DNA of 64,000 nucleotides, taken from NCBI RefSeq assembly GCF_035084215.1, contig NC_090365.1:9610001-9674000 (forward strand). The letters run 5' to 3'. This document shows positions 48,425 to 60,194 of the stretch, one piece after another. This stretch comes from Heptranchias perlo. Taxonomy: Eukaryota. Both the position numbers and the translations under genes were made by a program. Positions within the stretch are counted from its first letter, which is position 1, and every line of letters begins with the position of its first letter. Below the pieces are notes generated by a model. The model was not told the DNA's origin. It did not search any database and saw nothing but the letters and a program-made list of their open reading frames with translations.

Positions 48425-48890
48425 CAGCCCAATCACCAAGGGCCTTTTAAACATCTACAAACAATTGGATCTCAGTAGCCCAATCACAGCAGGGGAAAGA
48501 GATGGGCCTTACTATCGCCGTGAAGCTGATTTCCCCATTGGGCCTCCGCGGGAAGCCCCGCCCACAATCAACGCTGTTGAAACGCCGCGTCCGATTGGCC
48601 TAAAGTAGTGGGGTGGGGTGGGGTGGGGGAAGAGAGCGCGACTGAACTGTTTTCCCATTTCACCTTGCGGGGAATGTGAACCAATGAGACGCAGCGAGAC
48701 AGAGCCGCGGCGGAAGAAAAACGGAGGCGGCGGGTTGAAAGGCCGCTCCCGATTGGCGATTTGGCAACAGCAGGCGCATTGTGAGCGCCTCATGACCAAT
48801 GAGGAGCGCTGAGAGAAAACGGGCCGGCCGGTAGGCTGGCGCCAGGAAAGCGGGTGAAGGCAGGAGGCAGAGCGACGGCGGCCATTTTAC
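48425..48890 (+). promoter_or_regulatory. HNRNPUL1: HNRNPUL1 CpG-island promoter
   Basis: CCAAT/ATTGG at 48429, 48480, 48537, 48594, 48681, 48752, 48796; YY1 CGGCCATTTT at 48879; tandem NRF1-type GCGCATGCGC at 49326-49341 in intron 1. Confidence 0.75.
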
Positions 48891-49074
48891 CTGCAGACGC
48901 CGCGGCGACTGAGGGGGAGAATTTATTGAATTGAATCGTCCGTTGGATTTTTACTTTTCCCAAGTCGGCCTGAGGAGTTTTGTTTGTTTATTTTTCTTTG
49001 TTTGCAGGCCGACGCGTGGCTGCGTTGATCGGCGGAGGCTGTTTCGGTGGCTGGGGTTTGTTTTAAATGCAGGG

Positions 49075-49294
49075 ATGAGTTCGCTGGACGTACGGAGACT
49101 GAAAGTGAACGAGCTGAAGGAGGAGCTGCACAAGCGCGGCCTAGACACAAAGGGCCTCAAGGCGGATCTGCAGGAGCGGCTGCAGGCAGCGCTCGACCGC
49201 GACGCCGCGGAAGAAGAAGAAGAAGAGGAGGAGGAGGAGGACCAAGCCGCCGGCGACGAGTACCCGGAGGAGGAGGCGGCGGGAGCTCAGGGAG
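49075..49294 (+). CDS. HNRNPUL1: hnRNP U-like 1 exon 1 (SAP domain and acidic tract)
   Basis: [41 protein letters not shown], resembling human [29 protein letters not shown]; donor GTGAGT, phase 1. Confidence 0.9.
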
Positions 49295-50344
49295 GTGAGT
49301 GTCGCTGGGCCCTGCTTGTGTCTGCGCGCATGCGCATGCGCGGGCCCGGGAGAGGTGGCTCACCTGGATGGGGTCTGGGGTCTGGAGCCAGGCGCCCCCC
49401 TCCCCTTCCATTTGGCCTTTGATCTCGATTTCCCCTTTCAAGCAGAGACAGGGAAAGATCCTCCCTCCGCCTGGGAATGTGAAGGGATGAGTTGCCCCCC
49501 CCCCCCATGTCTGACCGTGGGAGCCTTAACCTGGGTACAGTGGAGCCTGTATCATATCCCACCTGCAAGTTTTTCGCACTTTTTTTTTTAAAAGAGTAAT
49601 CATCCAATAATTTAAATTAAGTACTTGAAATAAAATGGGGGTTGAAGTGCTAAATAATCGTTGGATGGAGCAGACTGCATGCTATAAACTTCATAGAGCT
49701 TTACAGCATTGAAGGAGGCCATTCAGCCCAAGCCACAGCGCGTTATGATCTGGGGTGCGCTGCCTGAAAGGGTGGTGGAAGCAGTTTCAGCAGTCCTTGA
49801 AAAGGTTGCGTGGCTACGGGGAAAGAGTAGGGGAGTTGGATAGTTCTATCAAAGGGCTGGCAAGGCACGATGTGCCAAATAGTCATCTCCTGTGTTGTGC
49901 TATTCTTGGATGGGATACTCTGAGTTGCAGTTCTTCATAGTAGTCAGTCTATGACCAGAGATATGTTTTTCCAATGATGCAAAATATCCTGTTATTAACA
50001 GTAGCTTATGTAGGTAGGACTCAGCATAAACATTGGCCAGTAAGTGTACCTGCAATTGAAGTTCTTTTGGGGAATTCCGTTCCGTGTGTGCTACATGACT
50101 GAGAGCAAATTTCTGAAGTAAACCTGTGCTCTCTGAAACTGCTTATGAGGGAAGAAATTTATTTTACTGTACCTAAAAGAATATAGGACAGTATAATAAA
50201 GAATTTAATATTTTTTTAAATGCTAACGTTTGTGAGGCTGTGGAATGCACTACCAGAGTTAGTGATTGAGGTAGAAGCCATGTCAACATTTTAAGAATAG
50301 GAAAGGAGAATAAAGGATATGGGAACAGGGCAGCCACATGAGAA

Positions 50345-53093
50345 ATAGACAATCTATTTGGTTAAAATTAAGGAATGATGTGGAGATGCCGGAGATGGAC
50401 TGGGGTTGACAAATGTAAGGAATCTTACAACACCAGGTTATAGTCCAACTGTTTTATTTTAAAATCACCAGCTTTCGGAGGCTTTCTCCTTCGTCAGGTG
50501 AGTGTGGGACCACACTCACCTGACGAAGGAGAAAGCCTCGGAAAGCTGGTGATTTTAAAATAAAACAGTTGGACTATAACCTGGTGTTGTAAGATTCCTT
50601 ACAAGAATTAAGGAACAACACAAGAGTTATCATGCTACTGGGTGTATATAATAGGCCACTAAATAGTGGGAAAGAGATAGAGGAGCAAATTACAGAAAGA
50701 TGCAAGGACTATAGAGTAGTGATGATGGGGGACTTCAATTATCCCAATATAGACTGGGATAGCAACAATGTAAAGGGCAAAGAGGGGGAGGAATTTCTAA
50801 AATGTATACAAGAGAACTTTCTGGAACAGTGTGTTTCCAGCCCAACGAGGAAGGAAACAGTTCTAGATCTGGGGAAATGAAGTGGGGTAGGTGGAACATG
50901 TTTCAGTGGGGGAGCATTTGGGGAACAGTGATCATATATCATTAGTTTTAGAATAGTTATGGAAAAGGACAAGGAACAATCAAATGTGACAGTACTAAAC
51001 TGGAGGAGGGCTAATTTCATTGAGTTAAAAAGGGATCTGGCCCAGATGGATTGGAATCAAAAATTGGCAGGCAAAAAAATAATTGAACAATGGGAGGCCT
51101 TCAAGGAGGAGATGGTTTGGATACAGAGTAGACATATTACTACAAAGGTGGAAAGGAAGGGCATCCAAAGCTAGAGTTCCTTGGATGACTAAAGATATAG
51201 AAATTAAAATGAAACAGAAAAAGGAGGTTTATGATGAATGTAAGGTTCATAATACAGTAGAGAACCAGGCTGAATACAGAAAGTATAGAGATCTTTAAAA
51301 AAAAAGGAATGAGGGGCAAAGAGAAAATATGAGAATAGATTAGCAACTAACATAAAAGGGAACCCAAAAGTCTTTTGTAAACATAAATAGTCAAAGGAAG
51401 GGTGGGACCGATTCAGGGACAAAAAAGGTCATGTTGTGGAGGGCATGGCTGAGGTGTCTCTTCGCTAGAGATGCTGCCATTGTAGCAATATTGGATAGGA
51501 TAAAAATAGATGAAGAGGAAGTGCTTAAAAGATTTGCAGTATGCAAAGTACAAAAATCACCCAGTCCATATGGGATGCTTCCTAGGTTATTGAGAGAAGT
51601 ACGGGTGGAAATTGCAGAGGCTTTGGCCACAATCTTCCAATCCTACGTTAGATGTGGGGACGGTGCTGGACGATTGCAAATGTTACACCCCTGTTCAAAA
51701 AGGGGGAGGGGGATAAATCTGGCAATTACAGGCCATTCAGCCCAACGTCGGTGGTGGGGAAACTTTTAGAGACAATAATCCGGGGCAAAATTAATTGGCA
51801 CTTGGAAAAGTCTGGGCTAATAAATGAAAATCAGCCTGGATTTGTTAAAGGAAAATCATGTTTGACCAACTTGATTTGATTTCTTTGATGAAGTAACGGA
51901 GAGGGTTGATGAGGGTAGTGCGGTTTATGTGCATATGGACTTCCAAAAGATAAAGTACCACATAATAGACTTTGTTAGCAAAATTAAAGCCTGTGGGATT
52001 AAAGGGACAGTGGCAGTGTGGATACAAAATTGGCTAGGGGGCAGAGAGTAGTGGTGGTTGGTTATTTTTCAAACTGGAGGGAAGTATACAGTGGTGCTCC
52101 CCAGGGGTGTTGGGACCACTGCTCTTTTTGATTATATATTAATGACCTGGACTTGGGTATGGAGGATATAATTTCAAAGTTTGCAGATGACATGGAACTC
52201 GGAAATGTAGTAAACAATGTGGAGGATGGTAACTGACTTCAGGAGGACATAGACTCGTGAAATGGGCAGACGAGTGGCAGATGAAAATTAACGCAGATAA
52301 TTGTGAAGTGATACATTTTGGTGGGAAGAATGAGGAGATGCAATATAAATTAAATGGTACAATTTTAAAGGGGGTGCAGGAACAGAGAGACCTGGGGGTG
52401 CACATACACAAATCTTTGTAGGTGGCTGGACAAGCTGAGAAGACTTATTTTAAAAAGTGCATGGGATCCTAGGCTTTATTAAGAGGCATGGAGTACAAAA
52501 GCAAGGAAGTTATGCTAACCCTTTATAAAACACTGGTTAGGCCTCAGCTGGAGTAGTGTGTTCAATTCTGGCACCACACTTCAGGAAGGATGTCAAGGCC
52601 TTGGAGAGGGTGTAGAGGAGATTTACTAGAACGGTACCAGGGATGAGGGACTTCAGTTATGTGGAGAGATTGGAGAAGCTGGGATTGTTCTCCATGGAAC
52701 AGAGAAGGTTAAGGGGAGATTTGATGAGGTATCCAAAATCATGACTGGTTTTGATAGAGTAAATAAGGAGAAACTGTTTCCAGTGGCAGAAGATTCGGTA
52801 ACCAGAGGACACAGATTCAAGGTGATTGGCAAAAGAGCCAGAGGCGACATGAGGACACTTTTTTTGCACAGTGAGTTGTAATGATCTGGAATGCACTGCC
52901 CGAAAAGGTGGTGGAAGCAGATTCAATTCAATAGTAACTTTCCAAAGGGAATTAGATAAATACTTGAAGGGGAAAAACATTACAGGCCTATGGGGAAAGA
53001 GCTGGGGAATGGGACTTAATTGGATAGCTCTTTCAGATAGCTGACACAGGCACGTTGTGCTGAATGGCCTGCTCCTGTGCTGTATCTACTATG
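50345..53093 (+). mobile_element. Degenerate CR1 LINE ORF2 (endonuclease to tail)
   Basis: SIWLKLRNN, LLGVYNRP, MGDFNYPNIDW, GFVKGKSCLTNL motifs, frameshifted, followed by a CR1 tail. Confidence 0.88.
50376..50605. mobile_element. Penelope-like inverted-repeat insertion, same family as 7318-7531
   Basis: Arms 50414-50507 and 50510-50603 (94 bp, one mismatch); direct repeat AATTAAGGAA at 50366 and 50606; CTGACGA...GAAAGCT core. Confidence 0.72.
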
Positions 53094-53789
53094 ATACTGC
53101 TCGTATGGAGGATAAAGATCGGAATGGACTGGATTGGCCGAACAGCCTGTTTCCATGTTGTAATTTCTGTGTAATTTTATTTAATTGTCTTTTCAATTAA
53201 TGCTCTAAGACAAATGCTAATTTTTTTCTTTGTATTTAAAGGACATACAAAAACTGCATATGAATGTGCACTTAGTGTCCTCTTGGATTGCTACAGCGAA
53301 CTTTTAATATAAACTGAGCTTTAAAATGTTTCTTAAACCGTTGACAAATTTAGGATTCACTGTAAAATTGTGCTTGTATCTATTTGATCTTAATGGTCAT
53401 AGTCACCGGAACCATAAATTGGTATCAGAGGAGCCTTTTATTGGAATGCACAAACCTATTGTTTGTAATGTTTTAAAATGTTTATATCTGGTCCGTGTTT
53501 ACGTCATGTAACGACTTAACCAGCAGTGTGGTATCTTGTCTAGATTCAAATCATCCAGCCAGTCAAGATAGCTTTTGGTTCTAATTCATGAAACGTGACC
53601 AGAGCCGTACACATCATATTGGTGCATCAAGTTGTCAACGTGGTCTATAGACAAACCATCTGAAAAAGTCTGGATCATGGTTTTGATTGACTTCAGAATT
53701 CATCATTCTTGGATGAATTGTGGCAACTGTCAGCTATGCTGTAATAGGATCATCCTGTCCTACACTTGCTGTCAGCTGATTATAAGAAA

Positions 53790-54080
53790 AAACTTGCATT
53801 TATATAGCGCCTTTCACGACCTCAAGATGTCCTAAAGCGCTTCACCAATTAAGTACTTTTTTGAAGTATAGTCACTGTGTAGTGGAGGAAATGATACTGA
53901 CGAGTACTTCCCTGCTCTTCAAAATAGTGCCATGCGGTCCTTTACGTCCACTTGAGAGGTCTTCGATTTAATGTCTGTCTGATGGACGGCACCTCCAAGA
54001 GTACAGTACTACCTCAGTACTGCACTGAAGTGTCAGGCTAGATTTTGAACTCCGGTCTCTGGAGTGGGGCTTGAACCCAT
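53790..54080 (-). mobile_element. Deu-type SINE, antisense, internally deleted
   Basis: Reverse complement of the 38318 family. Confidence 0.65.
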
Positions 54081-54299
54081 AACATTATAGGGTGACACTG
54101 GTCACCATGCAGATTTTCACAGCTCAAATGTCTTGATCTCCTTGCTGAAGTTGGTGAGCGTAGCAGCAAGGTTAGAGTAGAGCAAGGTTTTGATTTTGTC
54201 TGAGGGGGTACAGTGCGTTATAGTGCAGCAGTGTTTGGATATGTGTTTGTGCTTGATTCCCATGTTGTAGGGTTCTTGTTTGTGAAGGAGCTGTAACCT

Positions 54300-54580
54300 C
54301 CACCAACTCTGGCCTCTTGTGCATCCCCCGCTTTCTTCTCTCCACCAGCTCTACCTTCAGCCTTCTGGGCCCTACGCTCTGGAATGCCGTCCCCAAACCT
54401 CTCTGCCTCGCCTCCTCTCCTCCCTTAAGACTGTGCTTGAAACCTAACTCTTTGACCAAGTGTTTGGTCACCTGTCCTAATGTCTCCATCTTGGGCTTTG
54501 TGCCGATTTTCATCTGTTTACGCTCCCTGAAGCGCCTTTCTAGCCATGTTAAAGGCGCTGTATAAATGCAAGTTGTTATC
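54300..54580 (+). mobile_element. L2 LINE 3' end
   Basis: Diverged copy of the 44130-44450 tail. Confidence 0.7.
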
Positions 54581-56465
54581 CTAGTGAGAGGTATGGGAAA
54601 TAACACGGGTAGGTCAGTAGGAACAAGTTACTGACCAGATGATGTATGATTGATTGATTTGTTACAAAATCGAACATTCTGGTGAGTCGGTGTGCAACCT
54701 TTTGAGCCAATGAGATTTAAAAATAATGGCTGAATGCTCCATTCGGATTCTGAAAACCAAAAAACTTCCGACATCCTAGATTGAGGAAATAGTGTTGCCA
54801 TGAGATGAGGTTTCCATTTATGTTAAAAGCTTTTAAATCCTGAAACTTTTTGAACCTTAATTCTGAACCATAGGCTGTTAAACACTTCCAGAGGTTAGTT
54901 TCAAGGACACTTTTTCGTAGGAAGAGGTAACGGCAAAACAAATTGGTATTTCAAAAAAAAACTACCATTGGAGGAGTGACTTTTATAACCACTTGCTAGG
55001 GGAAGCAGACGGAAACTAATTGGGTGATTTTGTTCAATAATTCGAGTGTAGCAAATCACTTGAAGCTGTTCAGAAGAGTTGAGAATGTAGACTTGGGATT
55101 GATTTATTGATATCCTGTTCAACGAAAGAATGGATTCTGGGTTTCAATCATTTTGGACTGTGTCGTTTTAACGAGTGCTAGATCTGTTGAATTAATATTT
55201 AACATTTGGAATGCTTAGATGTGAGGAGGCCATGCACGGCACTTAGGAAGTTGGTAGCTGTTTTTTGGAGCAGATAATTAAATGTGCTTTGACTCATAGT
55301 GTGTGTACATATCGATCTATCGAATATATGCATTAGGAATTCTGTTGAATGAAGAAGCAGGCAGATTAAAAACACAGCTGGCCACCAGTCATTGTGTGGG
55401 GGAACACAGGTCCTCAATACTGCCAAGAAATCCTGGATGTAAATCCATGCCCTACTACTTTACGGCAGTGTTTCAGTATATTGATGCTGCTACGTTGCAT
55501 TTGGTGATTCAGATGCTAAAGTTACCAGGTTAAAGCATGGAATGGTGGCATAAAGCCCTAGATGCATTGCAGAGGACAGCAGCAAGAGGGAAGAACTATT
55601 TGAAAGAAAAGAACTTGCATTAATCAAGTTATTGGGATGCTTCAAGGTGCTTTGCAGCCAATGGAACGTGGCATCCAATTTGAGCAACCGAATGAATGAC
55701 CAGATTCAGTAATCTGTTTTTTGGTGATACTGGTCGAGGGGAAGATGTCCACAAGGGCTCCCTGCTCTTTAAATGGTGCTGTGGGATCTTTTTTGTCCAC
55801 CCGAACTGGCAGACGTGGTATTGGTTTAACTTCTCATCTTGTTGTACCTTAGACAATGCTGCATTCGTGCATGTACATCATATGATTGCGTCTGTAGTGG
55901 GATTTTGAACCTGCACTCTTCTGACTGTGAGGCTAAACTGAGGAATAGCTTGATCAGCTCTTCTGTTTTGAAAAATATTTTAAGAGGGAAAACTCTTAAA
56001 GGCACTTGATAGGATAGTGCAATAAATCTGAATTGGTATATTCAGATATACCAGGCAGCAGGGCAAGAAGGCACAGGTTCAGGGTTGTGAACGGCAAATT
56101 TCAGACAGACGTTAGGAATTGGGATTTATTGTTCAACAGTTGGAACAGGTTGCCAAGAAGGGTGGTTTGAACAGCTGGTTGCTGTAATGGGGAGACCTTG
56201 GTATTCAGAAAGGAGGAGATAAGAGTTGTGATCTGATTTTTGAATTTTCAATTCTATAATAGTGATGTATGCCAGGTATTTTCAGCAGTGGAGAATAGGA
56301 TAATTAAACATTCCCAATATCTTACAAAACTTAATAATTTAATGCTGTTTTGAATGGGACTAATATAGTCAATTTTTTTTTAAATAAAAAGGTCAATCGT
56401 TTACAGTAAGATTCTTTTGCCTCTTGTGTTAGCTATAATTCAGTGACAATAAGATCGAGGACTCG

Positions 56466-56720
56466 TAGAATCATACAGCACAGAAGTGGCCCATCGTGCC
56501 TGTGCCGGCTCTTTGAAAGAACTATCCAATTAGTCCCACTCTCCCTGCTCTTTCCCCATAGCTGTACAAATTTTTCCTTTTCAAGTATTTATTCAATTCC
56601 CATTTGAAAGTTACTATTGAATCTGCTTCCACCCTTTCAGGCAGTGCATTCAAGATCATTACAATTCGCTGCGTAAAAACTTTCTCCTCGTCTACCCTTT
56701 GGTTCCTTTGCCAATTACTT
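56466..56720 (-). mobile_element. CR1 3' tail, antisense
   Basis: Reverse complement of about 52820-53090. Confidence 0.75.
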
Positions 56721-57409
56721 TGAAATTTATAGTAAATTGAGTTAACCATTGTGGCTTTTGTGATGTTATTTCTTCAAGGAGTAATCCGATTGAGTGGAAT
56801 CTACATACAGCTCTCTTGCTCGAAGGCCAGTAATGTAAGAATATAATGCAACCACAAAAATGTTCTCCCCCATCTCATCTCATTTGTAATGAGATGCATC
56901 CTGATGTTTTGAAACTAACCTTTCGTGACTTGTTTTTAGACAAAATCTTACTGCCGTTTCATTTGGAAGGTTTTGGTGATCATGACACCCAAATTCACTC
57001 TACAACATTCTGTATAATTTGGCATAAGACTTTTGAATAATTAGTTAAGTATGTTATTTTATCTTCTTGCCTTCCAGACTTGTGCAATATCTGGGTGGGC
57101 ATCTCTTTTGCATACTTCCACTATTCTTGCTCTGAACAGTTTATTAGGTGCATGCAAGTTCATCCCTGTAGAGATGCCTCATGTACACTCTGCACATATA
57201 CACCATTGTATAGCTGTGAGTTCACATGCAACTATTTTGTAATTCTCCAGTGTCCTATGCTGGCTGTTTGCATGCAAGTTTACTGCATCAAACTGGCCTT
57301 TCTTCTTTGGGCAAAAGTAGCCTGTTATATCTGCCCATGTATAACATGCTGGAGTGCAGGGCCATGCAATGTTCAAATGTTACAGTGAGTATTTTATGCT
57401 TACTGGAAA

Positions 57410-57935
57410 AAGAACTTGCATTTATATAGTGCTGTTCATGTCCTCCGGACGCCCCAAAATGCTTCAAAGCCAACAAAGTAATATAGTCACTTGTAATGTA
57501 GGCAAACCACAGCCAATTTGCACATAGCAAGGTCCCACAAGCTGTGATGTATTAGTCATGTTGGTTGAGGGATGTATGTTGGACACAAGGAGAAGTTCCT
57601 GCTCTTCTTTGAATAATGCCATGGAATTTATTACGTCTTCAACAGGCAGACAGGACCTGGATTTAACATTGTACGTGAAAGTTGGCACCCATTTGCGCCC
57701 AGCAAGATCCCACAGACAGCAGCGAGCTAAATGTCCAGATAATCTGTTTGTGATGATGGTTGAGGGCTAGGACGCCGAAAAAAGTGCCATGGGATTTTTG
57801 CCTGAAGGCAGACGGAGCCTCAGTTTAATATCTCCTCCAAAAGATGGCACCCCTGTCAGTGAGGCACTCCCTCAAGTACTGCACTGGAGTGCCAGCCTAT
57901 ATTAGGTGCTCAAGTCTCAAGTGGAGCTTGAACTG
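57410..57935 (-). mobile_element. Deu-type SINE fragments, antisense
   Basis: GAACTTGCATTTATATAG...CAAGGTCCCACAA...GTACTGCACTGGAGTG match the SINE family. Confidence 0.65.
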
Positions 57936-58210
57936 ACAATCTTTGTGGGAATGCAAATGCTGAAGTCAGCTATGTAAATGCACAAAATGTTGCTTTAGGG
58001 CTGTCACTGAAAAGTGGAATGTCCTTACAAATTGCTGGTAAACATCCTTAGCTCCTACCTACAATTCAGACAAGGAGACTGCAGTTTTATGGCTACTTGG
58101 TAGATATTGATATCACACCAACCTTATTTCCCTGAAGACTGTCAAGTGGGACATGGCTCCTCTTATTATACTGTTTGCATCTTTTCAGTTTGGTTTTCAT
58201 TCACTTTCAG

Positions 58211-58366
58211 GTGACGGAACTGCTGATGGGGAAGCAAATTTTGGTGGAGACCTGAACTCCTATGGGCAGTGCGATAAGCAAGGTGGTGATTTTGGAGGGT
58301 CCGAGCAAGGAAATGTTGAGAGAAGCTATGAGAAGCCATCCATTGAGCAAGCAGCTGCACAGCAAG
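58211..58366 (+). CDS. HNRNPUL1: hnRNP U-like 1 exon 2 (probable)
   Basis: Strong TTTCAG acceptor and GTAAGG donor, phase 1-1, open frame DGTADGEANFGG...ERSYEKPSIEQAAAQQ; low sequence conservation. Confidence 0.72.
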
Positions 58367-60194
58367 GTAAGGCTGGTAATCCATATTGGTAGATTTGTTG
58401 ATGCAAACAAGTCAATTTGGTTGGATACATTCTAATAAATTTTAGATGCTTAAGGACCGTACAGTGAGTTGTATTAATAGAGGTTCATATCCAACCCAAT
58501 GGACCCTCTGATAAATGTTTATTCTTCCCTCCCTTCCTGATTCTGACAAGTTGCTCTTGCTCAGTGAGTGATGTGGAGAAAACACTTGCGTCTGTACTTT
58601 GATTTTTTCCCTTTTTATTATGCTTCAAGCACAGTTAGCCTTATACCATACCTAAAGTAGGTTGGAGCTGTGTTCTCTGCAGCCAAATTGCATACTGTTT
58701 CAATTACGTGGTTATAATCTTTCTTATTTATTGTGTGGACATTAAAATATCCATTTCTTAGGAAACTGCAAATAGTTTCCTTCTGTCCAATACAGAAAAT
58801 GGAGCCCATTTGAAACTTACACTTAAAATTCTGATTTGATTGTAGAAATTTTGCATATAAACAGGCTTGACTGTGTTGTTACAGTCTTGTAATCTCCTTA
58901 GTTTAATTGTTTCTCCTCCCCCTATCCCTTTTGATTGTCATTTCCACTTCTGAGATTGCAGCCAGGTCTTCCCATGCCCTGAATTTTAAAAAAAGAAACT
59001 TTGAAACCTAAGACAATTTATAGCTGTCCCTGATGGCACAGTTCATTTTATCTCATTTTTGTATTTCCATGACTATATTTAGTTTGTATAGTTATGTAAT
59101 GTTTTTCTCTAACCTCAGGTAATGCTTCTAATAAAAAATTACTAATTTCTTCCTGATCACCACTTGAAAAATTTTAGGACATGTTTGTTGTTCACTCTTC
59201 CCCTGGAGGTTTCTGACTCATCACAGCTGAGTTGAATCCTGTCCTTGCTCAATGGAACACTCATGCACTTTCAAGCAAGGGTAACTAGCAGTCATGTTTT
59301 TAGGACTTTTAGATATTTCTTTCATCCATGTGCCAAAGCCCACTTATGTAGTTGTATAAGTACTCCCTAGAAGCTGGAATGTGGCTTTCTATGCAGTGTG
59401 CCTGGTAGTGTAGCTCACTAAACAGACATAAGCCCTCACATCATCCTAATCTTTGGAAAGCATAAACGCTATTGGAACACGCGACTTAAACTGTACACTA
59501 GAAATCTGATTGATTACAAGTGAAAGATAGTGGAAAATTAATGGTGATGATTTTACTCGCTTATATCTGCTCATGTGCAAAAAGAATAAGACATAACACT
59601 TTATTAGTAATACTAAATCTGGGCCAGTGTCCGTAACATAACTAGTATGTGAGTTTCATCTATCAATTCGGAATGGCAACATCTGTCTCGAGCTCGGAAA
59701 AGCTCCAATTGCCAAAGCGTGCTTGGGTCAGATTTACCTCTTTTTTGAAGTAGAAACTGGGACAGTGGAAATCAAAAATGTATCTTGCACAGTAAAAGCT
59801 GTCAATCATCCTTATGAACCGGCACACAGAGTGGGTCAGCTGTCGTGGGTTTGCTCCCCACCCCTTCCCGTGCCAGTCGATTCAGAATAGATGTTGTTTA
59901 CAAATTTGATTGTAACTTGGTGCAGCAGCCCCCACCCTCTTTGACACTAGTTGTTCTTCAGCACATAGCTGGCATGTTTGCCGCATGGTTACTTAATGGA
60001 GTCACACCTATTAGCTCGTGACACTTATTTGTATGTGAAAAATGCGGTAGACTGGTCCCTTCAACAGTGTTAATTTCTAAGGGACAGAGCAACCCAAGTC
60101 TCCGGTGAAACGAATTTTAAAGTGACCAATCACATCTTAAATTCAGAAGAGACCTAATGGTTTGGAATATGATTGATCCCTGTTGTAAGCAATA

